DNA of 64,000 bases, taken from contig JANJGN010000023.1 in assembly GCA_026770705.1 (NCBI GenBank), forward strand, positions 31,558,001 through 31,622,000, written 5' to 3'. The translations under genes and the position numbers were made by a program. The DNA is from Isurus oxyrinchus (lineage: Eukaryota). Shown in pieces: positions 24,425-37,530 of this stretch. Position 1 is the stretch's first letter; each line of letters begins with the position of its first letter. Below the pieces are notes generated by a model that searched no databases, had not been told where the DNA came from, and saw nothing but the letters and a program-made list of their open reading frames with translations.

Positions 24425-26690
24425 CATAGGAACATAGGAAAATAGGAACATAGAAACGGGAGTAGACCATTCAGCCCATTGAGTCTGCTCCACCATTCAA
24501 TTAGATCATGGCTGATCATCTACCTCAATGGCACTTTCCTGCACTACCTCTATAACCCTTGATGTCATTAGTCTCCAGAAATCTCTTGATTTCTGTCTCA
24601 AACATGCTCAATGATTGAGCTTCCACAGCCCTCTGAGCTAGAGAATTCCAAAGATTCACTACCCTTTGAATGAAGAAATTCCCCCTCATCTCAGTCTTAA
24701 ATGGCCTGCCCCTTTTTCTGAGATTATGTCCCCTGGTTCTTGACTCACCAGCCAGGGGAAACATCCTATCCTGTCACACCCTGTAAAAATTTTGTAAGTT
24801 TCAATGAGATCATCTCTCATTGGTCGAAATTCTGGAGAATACAGGCCCAGTTTCTTCAATCCCTCCTCATAAGACAATCCTGCCATCCCAGGGATTAGTC
24901 TGGTGAATCTCTGCTGCACTCCCTCTATGGCAAGTATATTCTTCCTTAGATAAGGAGTCTAAAACCATACACAGTACTCAGGTGTAGCTTCACTAAGGCT
25001 CTATATAGTTGCAGTAAGATATCTTTATTCCCATACTCAAACTCCCTTGCAATGAAGGCCAACACACCATTTGCTTTCCTAATTTCTTGCTGCACCTGCA
25101 TGCTAGCTTTTAGTGACTCATGAACTAGGGCACCCAGGACCCTTTGGAGATCAGCACTTTCCAACCTCTCATCAGTTAAGAAATATTCTGTCTTTTTCAA
25201 CTAAAGTGGATAACTTCACACTTATTCGCATTATATTCCATCTGCCATGTTCTTGCCCATTCACCTAGCCTGTCCAAGACTGTATGAAGCCTCCTTGCAC
25301 CCTTTGTACAATTTACATTCCTGCCTAGTTATGTGTCATCAGTAAATTTGGGAATATTATAATTGGTCTCCAAATTCAAATCATTATATAGATTGTGAAC
25401 AGCTGTGGACCTAACACTGATCCTTGCAATACCTCACTAGTAACACCCTGCCATCCTGAGAATGACCCCTTTATTCCTACTTTCTGTTTTCTGTCTGTTA
25501 ACCAGTTCTCAATCCACACGAGCACATTACCCCCAATCCCATGCACTCTAATTTTGCTTACTAACCTCCTGCTTGGAATCTTATCAGAAGCCTTCTGAAA
25601 ATCCAAATACACCACATCTATTGGTTCCCCTTTATCTATGCTACAAGTAACCTCCTCAAAAAAGTCCAACAGGTTTGTCAAACATGATTTCCCTTTCATA
25701 AATCCATGTTCACTCTGCCCAATTTTACCATTCATTTCTAGAGCTGGAATTTTCCAGCACCCCCAACTCCCCCCACCCCCCACCCCAGCCACGAGTCGAG
25801 CCATTAAAATTTCTGTTCATATCAGTGGGATTGGAAGGTCCCTCCAGTAAGAGGGGCTGGAAAATTCCAGGCACATGTCCAGTTATCACATCCTTTATAA
25901 TAGATTCTAACATTTTCTGGCATCAGAATAACAGGTCTATATTTCTCTATTCTCCCTCTCCCTCCCTTCATAAATGGTGGGGTTCCATTTGCTACTTTCC
26001 AGTCTGCAGGAACCTTTCCAGAATCTATAGAATTTTGAAAGATAACTACCAATGCATCCACTATCCCTATAGCCACTGCCTTCAGCACTCTGGAATATAG
26101 CTCATCAGGTCCAGGGGTTTTATCAACCTTCAGGCCAATTAATTTTTCGAGTACTACCTCTTTATTAATACCAATTTCCTTCAGTTCCTCATATTCACAA
26201 GTCTCTTGGTTGCCTACTATTTCTGGAAGATTTTCTGTATCTTCTTCCATGAAGACAGACACAAAGTAATTGTTTAGTTCCTCCACCAATTCCCTGTTCT
26301 CCACCATAAAATCACTTGTCCCCACTGTAATGGGCCCACATTTGTCCTAGATAATCATTTCCTTTTCACATACCTAAAGAGAATTTACAGTTCACCTTTA
26401 TGTTTCTCGCTGGCTTGCATTCATATTCTCTTTTCCCTTTCTTTATCAGTTTCTTGGTCCTCCTTTGTTTGGTTCTATATTGCTCCCAATCTTCAGGCTT
26501 ACCATTTTTTCTGGCATCCTTATAAACCACTTCTTTTGATTTGGACCATGTAATACTTCTTTAAATACTAGCCATCAAATCTTTTACTGTATTTACCCAA
26601 TCCACCATAACCAACTTGCCCTTCATACATTCATAGTTTCCCTTGTTCATATTTAAAACCCTAGTTTCAGAATGAACTATATCACATTCA
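24425..26690 (-). mobile_element. CR1 LINE ORF2 (decayed); the endonuclease part continues at 29132-29385
   Basis: PGPDELYSRVLK, HGFMKGKSCLTNLL, VVYLDFQKA, QGSVLGPQLF, and a 3' tail with catagga repeats. MGDFNL on the minus strand at ~29337-29354. Confidence 0.92.
25741..25872. mobile_element. Short Harbinger-type MITE inside CR1
   Basis: Termini GAGCTGGAATTTTCCAGC / GCTGGAAAATTCCAGGC interrupt the CR1 reading frame. Confidence 0.7.
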
Positions 26691-26691
26691 A

Positions 26692-29131
26692 CCTCACAGC
26701 TTTGGTTCAAACATGGACAAAGAGTTGAACTCCACTGGTTAGCATTTGACTGAGTGTGGCATAAAGGAGCCCTAGCAAAACTGGGGTCAATGGGAATCAG
26801 GGGGAAAACTCTCCACTGGCTGGAGTCATAGCTAGCACAAAAGAAAAATCACAGAATCTCAGAAACTTTACAGTGCAGAAGGAGGCCATTCGACTCATCA
26901 AGTCCTCACTGGCTCTCTGAAAGGGCATTCTACCTAGTCCCGTTCCCCTGTCTGAACTCCATAACTCTGCACATTCCTTCTTTTCAGATAGCAATCCAAT
27001 TCCCTTTTGAATACTTCGATCAAACCTGCCTCCACCATTCGTAGGAAATTCATTCCAGGCTCCAACCACCCTCCAACCATCCTCACTGAGGGGGACTGCC
27101 ACAATTTACAGGAGAACATTAATAAACCTGCAGAACAGATAAGTAATTGGCAAATTAAGTTAAATGCAGATACATGAGATAGCGCATTTTGGTAGGAAGA
27201 AGAGGAAGGCCACTTATTGTTGAAAGACGTGAGCCTAAGTGGAGTAGAGGAACAAAGGGATCTCAGAGTGCAAACATTTCAATCACTAAAAATTACCTCA
27301 TTAGTTAGCAATGAAAAAACTAGGTTTTATGTCTAAAGGAATTGAAATTAAGCATAGGGAAGTTATGCTAAACCTGTACCAAACCTTGTTTAGACTGCAC
27401 TTAGAGTACTGCGTGTAGATCTGGTTACAATATTATAAAAAGGTTATTTATAGAGGCACTGGAGAGGGTGATACCTGAAATTCATGGGTATACATATCAG
27501 GAAAGGATTGATAGGGTAGATCTCTTCTCTCTTGAAAAAAAGAGGCTGAGCGGTGACCTATTAGAGTCTTTTAAAGATATGAAAGGCTTTATTAAGTAGA
27601 TGCAGAGAGAATATTTCCTCTTGTTGGGAAGGAGGTAATAAGAGGCTATCAATATAAGAAAGTCACCAAGAAATCCAATAGGGAATTCAGAAGAAACTCC
27701 CTTAACCAAAGAGTAGTGAGAATGCGGATCCCACTACTAGAAGGAATTATTGCAGCAAATAGTTCAGATGCATTTGAGGAGAAACCGCACAAGCATATGA
27801 GGGAGAAGAGAATAGGTGGTTATGATGGTAGATTTAGATGGGAGGAGGCTCAAGTGCAGCTCCAACATAAACATCCAGTATAAACATTGGCATGGACTGG
27901 TTGGGCCAGATGGCCAGTTTCTGGGCCATATATCCAATGTCAAAAAAAGGTATTGGAGAAAATAATGAGATGAAAGATAGACAAATCTCTAAGAGCTGTT
28001 GGTTTCCACCCAAGGGCACTAAAAGAAAGTGAAGAAATTGTTGATTCTTGAGTTCTTCCCAAAATCTCTTCATTCAGTAACTGTTTCCTTAGATTGGAAA
28101 ACTGACAATTTCATTCCATTATTTAAGAAGATGGTTGTGGTTGTTGGAGGTTAATCATCTCAGTTCCAGAACAACACTACAGGAGTTCCTCAGGGTAGTG
28201 TCCTAGGCCCAACCATCTTCAGCTACTTCATCAATGACCTTCCTTCCATCATAAGGTCAGAAGTGGGGATGTTTGCTGATGATTGCACAATGTTCAGCAC
28301 CATTTGCAACTCCTCAGACAATGCAGCACTTTATGACGAAATGTAGCAAGAACTGGACAATATCCAGACTTGGACTGACAAGTGGCAAGTAACATCTGTG
28401 TCACACAAGTGCCAGGCAATGACCATCTCCAACAAGAGAGAATTCAACCATCGCCCCTTGACATTCAATGGCATTACCATCACTGAATCCCCCACTATCA
28501 ACATCCTGGGTGTTACATTGACCAGAAACTGAGCTGGACTAGCCATATAAATACCGTGGCTACCAGAGCAGGTCAGAGGCTAGGAATCCTGCAGTGAGTA
28601 ACTCACCTCCTGACTCCTCAAATCCTGTCCACCATCTACAAAGCACAAGTCAGGATTGTGATGGAATACTCTCCACTTACCTGAATGAGTGCAGCTCCAA
28701 CAACATTCAGGAAGCGTGACACCATTCAGGACAAAGCAGCCCATTTGATTGGCACCTGTCCGCAAACACTCATTCTCTCCACAACTTAGGTGGTAGCAGT
28801 GTGTACCATCTACAAGATGCACTGCAGAAACTCACCAAGATTCCTTAGGCAGCACCTTCCAAACCCACAACTGCTACCATCTAGAAGGACAAAGGCAGCA
28901 GACAAATGAGAACACCACTACCTTGAATATCCCCTCTAAGCCACTCACTGTCGCTGGGTCAAAATCCTGGAACTCCCTTCCCTAACAGCACTGTGGGTGT
29001 ACTTACCCCACATGGACTGCAGTGATTCAAGAAGGCAGCTCATTACCATCTTTGCAAGGGCAATTAGGGATGGGCAACAACTGCTGGCCTAGCCAGTGAC
29101 ACCCACATCCCATGAACAAATAAAAAAAAAA
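26692..29131 (+). mobile_element. HER1-like LINE 3' half, inserted in CR1 and itself interrupted at 26846-28128
   Basis: GVPQGSVLGPTIF, MFADDCT, and tail 'gggcaattagggatgggcaac..acatcccatgaacaaataaaaaaaaa'. 'agcacaaaagaaa' (26845) rejoins 'gatggttgtggttgttggagg' (28129). Confidence 0.85.
26846..28128. mobile_element. Cluster of CR1 fragments: 3' tail on - (26850-27075) and RT 3' part on + (27090-27940)
   Basis: 'cacttagagtactgcgtg', 'gagaatatttcctcttgttgg' and the tail 'gaaggaggccattcg' in opposite orientations. Confidence 0.75.
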
Positions 29132-29865
29132 GAAATTCTATCATATTATTGTCACTATTACCCAAAGGCTCCTTTACAGCATGCTTATTAATTAGCCCTT
29201 TTCTTTTTACATAATACTAAATCTAAAGTAGCCCACCCCTTAGTTGGTTCAACGCACTGCTCTGGAAATCCATCTTGCACACGCTCCAGGAATTCATTCC
29301 GCACATTAGTGCTAATTAGGTTTACCAGTCTAAATGTAAATTGAAGTCGCCCATTATTAGTGTATTACGTTACATGTATCTCTAGGGAGGCCAAAAGAAG
29401 ATTTATTTGACAATTTTGAAGTCAGCTGTGCACCCTTATTACTTTACTGCTGTGACTTTTCTTTCTGACAGTACTTAGTGGCAATTTTTGTTTTAATTGC
29501 CTAAAGCTGCCTTCATGTCGCATTGGGTTTCTCAAAGGGCATTCTCCCATATGCACAACTGAATTCAAAATTGTCAAATAAATCTTCTCTTGTATTCCTT
29601 AAACAAACTTTAAAAAACACCTTGCAAATTGGAGCACCCTTGTGGATGAATGTTGGGAAATTACTTGCATGGCAAGTAATGTTATCAAAAAATAGAAAGA
29701 AAGTATTTTCTCTGGGGGCACGGGGTGGGGGGGGGGTGGGGGGGTGCGGTGGGGTGGGGGTGAGTCCAGAAGGTGGAACAGCCATAAAATTAAAACTAGG
29801 CCCAATCAAGGGTGATGTCTGTTGGGTGGGCCTGGAGACAGAACGGTATCTCTTAAAGAAGTCTT

Positions 29866-30097
29866 TGTAGTCTTCTGTATGTTAGCTGCAAGTCTTTATT
29901 AACTACTAGAACTATTTACATATGTACAGTAAAGGGTACAAGCTTGGAGCTGTCTCCATGCTTAGGTCTATATATGTCTCTGCTCAACATCACACTGACC
30001 CCTGGGTCTGGACCTCTGGGCCTTCTTATACAACTGTGTGGGTGGTAAGGAACTCAGTGCCACATTAACCCTGTGTGTGCCAGGCCCTTATGCTACA
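29866..30097 (-). mobile_element. Probable solo LTR (232 bp)
   Basis: TGTAG...CTACA termini, with TATA-like and AATAAA signals in the correct order on the minus strand. No clean TSD. Confidence 0.45.
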
Positions 30098-30345
30098 ATG
30101 TTAGGAAACACATCTTCACAAAAGGGATGTTAGAAAGCTGGAACTCTCTTCCCCAAAAAGCAATTCCGACTAGGCCAATTGAAAATTTTGGAACTGAGAT
30201 CAATAGATTTTTGCTAGGCAGGGATATTAAGGGTTACAGGACTAAGGTGGGATGCTGGAGTTATGATACATTTCAGCCAAGATCTAACTGAATGTGGAAA
30301 TGGCTTGAGCGTTGAATGACCTATGCCTGTTCTTATGCTTCTATG
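30098..30345 (+). mobile_element. CR1 3' fragment
   Basis: VRKHIFTKGMLESWNSLPQK..EINRFL followed by the CR1 tail. Confidence 0.8.
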
Positions 30346-30516
30346 TGCAAAAAGTTCTTAATTGTTAGAATATTGTCATCAATTTCCCAGTTTTAGGTAG
30401 GGACTTCCTGTCACCATTGAAGATCATCATTGGAAATGGATTTGTGATGTGCACAATAATCACATAACATTTCCAAATTGGTGACACTCAGTTTTAACAC
30501 CTGAAAATCAAGGGTT

Positions 30517-31400
30517 AGAACATAAGAACATAAGAACTAGGAGCAGGAGTAGGCAATTCAGCCCCTTGAGCCTGCCCGCCATTCATTACGATCATGCTGA
30601 TCTCATTTTGGCCTCCAATTTCCTAACCTCTCTCCACAACCTTTCAACCCATTGCTAATTAAAAATCTGTCTATCTCCTCCTTAAATTTATTCAGTGTCC
30701 CGGCATCCATTGCATTCTGAGGTAGTGAATTCCACAGACTCACGACCCTTTGAGAAAAGTAATTCCTCCTCATCTCTGATTTAAATTTACCACCCCTTAG
30801 CCTAAAACTATGACCTCTCATTCTAGAATTCTCCACAAGGGGAAACATCTGCTCCACGTCTACTTTGTTTATCCCCTTTAGCATCTTATATACCTCAATT
30901 AGATCTCCTCTCATCCTTCTAAACTCTAGCGAGTACAGGCATAAACTGCTCAATCTCTCCTCAAGACAAGCCCCGTATCTCTGGAATCAATCTAGTGAAC
31001 CTCCTCTGAACCGCCTCCAGCGCAACTACATCCTTCCTCAAGTAAGGGGACCAAAACTCTACACAGTACTCCAGATGCAGTCTCACCAATGCCTTGTACA
31101 GTTGTAACAACACTTCCCTATTTTTATACTCTATTCCTTTAGCAATACATGCCAAAATTCCATTTGCCTTCCTTATTACCTGCTGTACCTGCATACTAGC
31201 TTTCAGCGATTCATGCACGAGGATACCCAGATCCCTCTGCACTGAAGCATTCTGAAGTTTCTCTCCATTTAAATAATAAGTCGCCTTTTTATTCTTCCGA
31301 TCAAAATGGATAACCTCACACTTATCCACGTTAAACTCCATCTGCCAAATTTTGGCCCATTCACCCACCCTGTCCACATCCATTTGTAAATCTCTTATTT
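30517..31400 (-). mobile_element. Relatively young 5'-truncated CR1 LINE
   Basis: WQMEFNVDKCEVIHF, LEYCVEFWSPY, RRNYFSQRVVSLWNSLP, and tail (agaacata)n. Confidence 0.95.
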
Positions 31401-31884
31401 GCTGATGAGAAAGTCCATCCATAGCAAAATAATTCTAAGGAAAGCTCTCAGCCTTGAGTGCATTCTATTCATAGAATACTAAATAGATATAGACTTTCAT
31501 GGATGGGACCTTTATAAGAGGATTAGAGTTCAAAGAGAAAGTGCTTTCATCCAGAAGGCATCTTATTCAAGCCTATCTTAAACTGCATTCGTACTTAGCA
31601 TGTTCTCCTCCACATGGGATAGGAGCTGGAAAGAAAGGGAGCGGCTTCTTTCATCAAATTGTCGAGGAAAGCAAGCCCAGTGTCAACATAACTGAGAGCA
31701 GAAGCTGTAGGAAGAGGTGGCAGGAGGAGGGGGGAAGAGGATACCTGAATGTTTTCTGCAAGATGGAATGGTATATTTAGCTTTCTGTTTAAAAGAATAA
31801 TATTTTCTAACCTGAGGTTTCTAAAGTAGTGCATCTTCTAGAGTACATCTGGTCTCCGATCATCTGAAAACCGAAAGATCTGTG

Positions 31885-32150
31885 CGGTTGAGGTTGTGTT
31901 TGGCCTCTCAGGTAGATGTGAAAGATCCAATAGTGCTGTTCGAATATAGATTGGGGAATTCTCCCTGGTGCCCTGGCATAGGCTATCCTTTAGCAAACAT
32001 CTAAAAATAGGTTATCGATGTTCAATACCACATTGCTAATTTGTGGGAACCTGCTACGCAAAATCTGCCTGCTGCATCTCAAAAGTAGTTTATTGGCTGT
32101 AAAATGTTTTGGAAGTTTCTGAGGTCATTAGAGGCAAATTCTTTCTTTCT
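31885..32150 (+). mobile_element. SacSINE1/DeuSINE-like fragment
   Basis: 'ctctcaggtagatgtgaaagatcc..ttgtgggaacctgct..ttattggctgtaaa'. Confidence 0.6.
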
Positions 32151-32224
32151 TCTATCCTGTGCGTGGTAACCTTCATTGGCTACAATGGACTGACCATTTC
32201 TACTATTATTTTCTCTCCTGCTGA

Positions 32225-32562
32225 GGGGAGGCGGTGGTGTAGTGGTATTGTTGCTGGACTAGTAATCAAGAGACTCAAGGTAATGCCCTGGGCCTCAGAT
32301 TGAATCCTGCCACAGCCGATGGTAGAATTTGAATTCAATAAAAATCTAGAATTAGAAGTCTAATGATGACCATGAAACAATTGTTGTAAAAACCCATCTG
32401 GTTCACTAATGTCCTTTAGGGAAGGAAATCTGCTGGTCTACATGTGACTCCAGATCCATAGCAGTGTGATTGACTCTTAAGTACCCTCTCAACAAGGGCA
32501 ATTAGGGATGGGCAATAAATACTGGCCCAGCCAGTGACACTCATATCCAATGAATAAACAAA
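32225..32562 (+). mobile_element. HE1-type tRNA-derived SINE
   Basis: A-box-like 'ggtggtgtagtggta', B-box-like 'gattgaatcc', 'aaaaacccatctggttcactaatgtcctttagggaaggaaatctg', and HER1 tail. Confidence 0.85.
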
Positions 32563-33639
32563 ACTATATTTAGATTGTACAGAGGTGTACTGTTCTATCC
32601 AATCATCTTTATGTAGATGGAAAAGGGCCTTTTAAATTTTAGTAGTCAAGGATTCATTGGATCTTTTTTACTTATGCTTTAATGCTACATTGAGATTCCC
32701 ACTTTGTTGTTATGCTGGGATTTTGACTGACTTGTAGACTCTGTGGGATGTATGTGTATTATACTTGTTTGTGGTAATGGCCAGGAATATACGATTATCT
32801 GATTTTCAGGCATTTTCAAACGCTCACTGTAATGTCTATAAAAGTAATAAAATGAATGTATAGAAATATTTCCCCAAACCAAGTGGTATTGCCGCTGGAC
32901 TCAATCTGTGCCATTGCCAACCCTACTGTGCATGTGATGGAGTTTGAGGGGGTGGGTGTACTCCAGGTGGGTGCTACAACTGACCACTAAGTCTTTGTAC
33001 TAAGGATGAAGATGTTAGCCAGAATTCTGCTCTTGAGTCACAATTTAGTGAACCAATTGGAAGTGCATATGTGTAAAAATTGGGTGAAGATAGGGATCAG
33101 AATGAAATGTAATTACCAACCTCCAACATGATTGAAATGTCTACTGAATCATTCTTTACACTGGTTGATGAAGCTCCATCATATGAATTAGATATCGTGA
33201 TCACGCAGCCTGTGCCAGCATAAGTTATCTTCATGACAGGGGGGCAGAATTGAGGAATATTTTTCTGCAAGTAATTTCCGACCAATGTTTATGAGATCGT
33301 TGTTAACAGTAGATAGATTGTCTCTTTTATGACAGCACTTAATGGAGGATACTTTTTGACTCATTTAGATAAATTATGCCACTGATCCTGTTCAAGGTGA
33401 TACTCATTCCTGGATTTATTTGGTGCATTTTCACTACACCTTCCACAGGCTACTATAGTTCATGGACCTCACTCCATCTTGTTCAATATTTATTTTCTTA
33501 CATCTAATTGAGAAAATAAATTCTACTGAGTTTTAACTACTTTGCACAGAATTTCCACAGCTCCCCTCCTTTCTTTAAGTTGGGGTCTTTTGCTGAAGCA
33601 CAGTTCAACAAGCAAAACTAGTCCAGAAGTAATTCACGT

Positions 33640-33952
33640 ATTCAGCTATTCTTTAGATGACCGTTTGGATGGTGTGGTTTAGAAGGATATTCAATTGCAA
33701 GAGCATCACAATTGAGGCCAGTTCTGTCTCTGTCTTATTTTTCTACATAAACTTCCTAGCAAAAGTTCGTAATCAGAAGCAGGAATCCTGGTGGACATTA
33801 TCTTTAACCTGGGAACACTGAAGTCAAACAGTGTGGCCAGTTCTCACCCTTGATTGAGATCAGATACCTCAGCACAGAGAAGGAACTGAAACTGGAACCT
33901 TTTTGGTCTGTATGGGTCAGTATCATACCAAGCAGTGCATTTACCCACTGAA
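33640..33952 (-). mobile_element. LF-SINE-like ancient SINE
   Basis: 'gagcatcacaattgagg..gaactgaaactggaacc..ggtctgtatgggtcagtatcatacc..cagtgcatttacccactga'. Confidence 0.5.
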
Positions 33953-34074
33953 AGAGTAAAAAAAAAACTTTGGAAAAGGTCTATTTGTCCAATTAATTCA
34001 ATAGGGGTAATTTCTTACTTCATGGGTGGAATTTTCCAAGGCCGTTGAAGGGGGCAAGTGGAGTGGGGAAGATG

Positions 34075-34420
34075 TTTTATTCTTTCACAAGATTTGGGTA
34101 TTGCTGGCTAGACCAGCATTTATTGCCCATCCCTAATTGCCCTTGAGAAGGTGTTGGTGAGCCTTCTTGAAAGACTCCAGTCCATGTAGTGTAGGTACAT
34201 CCACGGTGATGCTAGAGAGGGAGTTCCAGGATTTTGATCCAGCGACAGTGAAGGAACAGCAATGTATTTCCAAGTCAGGGTGGTGTATAGCTTTGAGGGG
34301 AACTTCCAGGTGGTTGTGTTCCCATGCATCTGCTGCCCTTGTCCTCCTAGAAGGTTTAGAAGGTTTAGAAGGTGCTGTCAAAGAAGCCTTGTTGGGTTGC
34401 TGCAGTGCATCTTGTGGATG
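34075..34420 (-). mobile_element. HER1-like LINE 3' end
   Basis: 'atttattgcccatccctaattgcccttgagaaggtg..gagttccaggattttga'. Confidence 0.85.
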
Positions 34421-35099
34421 TAAATTTCCAAAAAATTATGCTGGGAGGGAATTCCAATATGATCCCATCTTCTTCCAGTTTTCCAAGGGCTAGATTGTAA
34501 GTGCTGTGATGAATCCCTGGGTGTTTGGCAGGGTGCCAACTGAAGTACTTAAAAAGGCAATTAAAAGTGAGAATACACGCAGATTTCCCATTTCCGAACA
34601 GTTCACAGGTCACACACTGGGTCTGCAACCTGGCAGGTTGGAGGAGATGAATTCACAGGGGTAGGTCATGGAGAGTGAAACTGACCTGATAACAGTATCA
34701 TAACGGGTAAAAGTAGCAAGTCTGAGATCAGTCACTGTCAGAGGCTTATTGATAAGAGCAGTTCTTTCAGCCGAAACTCACTGATTTTGTGTGGGGGATT
34801 GCAACTTAGTACCAATGATTTCAAGTGCTTGGTCTCTCACAGCAGGTGGTTGAAGACCAATGCACCCTCTTGGAAGTGGATGTAAAGAGAGTGACAATTC
34901 TTCACGCAGGCTGACCAACTCCTGGCCAAATATTTACAGGACACTTTGTGAGAGTGGGGGAGCTGCTGAAGTTGTGGAGTGGGGGCTGGGTGCAGCCAGA
35001 GTTATGGAGTGGTGAGAGTGGGCCCGATGCCAGAGTGGTGGGGTGGGAGATAGGGGGTACTGCTGAGGTTGTGGGAGTGGGGGGGCTAAGGGGGTGCTC

Positions 35100-37530
35100 C
35101 TGGAGTGGAGGGGCGGGAACTGATGGAGTTGTGGGGTGGGTGGTGATGGAGTTGTAGGGTGGGTGCTGATAGAGTTGTAAGGTGGGTGCAGATGAAGTTG
35201 TGGGGAGGGTGCTGATGGAGATGTGGGGTGGGTGATGATGGATTGTGGGGTGGGTGATATTAGAGTTGTGGGGTGGTGCTGATAGAGTTGTAGGGTGGGT
35301 GCTGATGAATTTGAGGGGTGGGTGATGATGGAGTTGTGGTGAGGGTGCTGATGGAGTTGTCGGTTGGATGCTGATGGAGTAGTAGGGTGAGCGTTGATGG
35401 AGTTGTGGGGAGGGTGCTGATGGACTAGTAGGGTACGTGCTGATGGAGTTGTGGGGTGGGTGCTATTGGAGTTGGAGCGTGGATGCTGATGGAGTTGTGG
35501 GGTGGGTGCTGATGGAGTTGTGGGGTAGGTGCTGATGGAGTTGTAGGGTGGGTGCTGATGGATTTGTGGGGTGGGTGATGATGAAGTTGTGGTGAGGGTG
35601 CTGATGGAGTTGTAAGGTGGGTGCTGATGGATTTGTGGGGTGGGTGTTGATAGAGATGTGGGGCAGGTGTTGATGGAGATGTGGGGTGAGTGCTGATGGA
35701 GTTCTGGGGTGGGTGCTGATGGAATTGTGGGACAGGTGTTGTTGGAGATGTGGGGTGGGTGCTGATGGAGTTGTGGGGTGGGTGATGTTGGAGTTGTGGG
35801 GTGGGTGATGATGGAGTTGTGGGGTGTGTGATGATGGAGATGTGGGGTGGGTGATTTTGGGGTCGTGGGGAGGGTGTGGATGGAGTTGTGGGGTGGGTAC
35901 TGATGGAGTTGTGGGGTGGGTGCTGATGGAGTATTAGAGCAGGTGCTGATGGAGTTGTGGGGTGGGTGCTATTGGAGTTGGAGCATGGATGCTGATGGAG
36001 TTGTGGGGTAGGTGCTGATGGAGTTGTGGGGTGGATGCTGAAGGAGTTGTGGGGTGGGTGTTGATAAAGTTGTGGGGTGGGTGATGATGGAGTTGTGGGG
36101 TGGATACTGATGGAATTGCACGGTGTGTGCTAGTGGAGTTGTGGGGTGGATGATGATGGAAATGTGGAGTGGGTGATTATTGATTTGTGGGGTGGGTGTT
36201 GATGGAGATGTGGGGTGGGTGCTGATGGAGATGTGGGGTGGGTGCTGATGGAGATGTGGGGTGGGTGCTGACTGAGTTGCGGGATGGGTGCTGATGGAGA
36301 TGTGGGGTGGGTGCTGATGGAGATGTGGGGTGGGTGCTGATGGAGATGTGGGGTGGGTGCTGATGGAGTTGTGGGATGGGGACCGATTGAATTGTGGGGT
36401 GGGTACTGATGGAGTTGTGGGGTGGGTGCTGATGGAGTTGTGCGGTGGGTGCTGATGGAGATGTGGGGTGGGTGCTGATGGAGTTGTGGAGTGGGTGCTG
36501 ATGGAGTTGTAGGGTGGGTGCTGATGGATTTGTGGGGTGCGTGCTGAAGGAGTTGTGGGGTGGGTGTTGATAGAGATGTGGGGCAGGTGTTGATGGAGAT
36601 GTGGGGTGGGTGATGATGGAGATGTGGGACAGGTGTTGATGGAGATATGGGGCGGGTTTTGATGGAGTTGTGGGGTGGGTGCTGATAGAGATGTGGGGTG
36701 GGTGCTTATTGAGTTGTGGGGTGGGTGCTGATGGAGATGTGGGGTAGGTGCTGATGGAGCTGTGGGGTGGGTGCTGATGGAGATGTGGGGTGGGTGCTGA
36801 TGGAGTTGTGGGGTGGGTGCTGATGGAGATGTTGGGTGGGTGCTGATGGAGTTGTGGGGTGAGTGCTGATGGAGATGTTGGGTTGGTGATGATTGAGTTG
36901 TGGGGTGGGTGCTGATGGAGTTGTGGGGTGGGTGCTGATGGAGTTGTGCGGTGGGTGCTGATGGAGTTGTGCGGTGGGTGCTGATAGAGATGTGGGGTGG
37001 GTGCTTATTGAGTTGTGGGGTGGGTGCTGATGGAGATGTGGGGTAGGTGCTGATGGAGCTGTGGGGTGGGTGCTGATGGAGAAGTTGGGTGGGTGCTGAT
37101 GGAGTTGTGGGGTGGGTGCTGATGGAGATGTTGGGTGGGTGCTGATGGAGTTGTGGGGTGAGTGCTGATGGAGATGTTGGGTTGGTGATGATTGAGTTGT
37201 GGGGTGGGTGCTGATGGAGTTGTGGGGTGGGTGCTGATGGAGTTGTGCGGTGGGTGCTGATGGAGTTGTGGGGTGGGTGCTGATGGAGTTGTGGGGTGGG
37301 TGCTGATGGAGTTGTGCGATGGGTGCTGATGGAGTTGTGCGGTGGGTGCTGATGGAGTTGTGCGGTGGGTGCTGATGGAGATGTTGGGTGGGTGTTGATG
37401 GTGTTTCTGGGTGGGTGCTGATGGAGATGTGGGGAGGGTACTGATAGAGTTGTGGGGTGGGTGCTGATGGAGATGTTGGGTGGGTGATGATTGAGTTGTG
37501 GGGTGGGTGCTGATGGAGATGTGGGGTCGC
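35100..37530. repeat. 23-bp G-rich minisatellite, ~105 copies (consensus GTGGGGTGGGTGCTGATGGAGTT)
   Basis: Read directly from the sequence. The 23-aa period of the minus-strand ORFs equals three 23-nt units. Confidence 0.97.

Noticed and set aside
32225-32320. tRNA gene
   Set aside because: The A/B-box-like head continues into an HE1 SINE body and tail, with no complete cloverleaf.
35100-37530. CRISPR-like array
   Set aside because: Head-to-tail units with no unique spacers, eukaryotic context, no cas genes.
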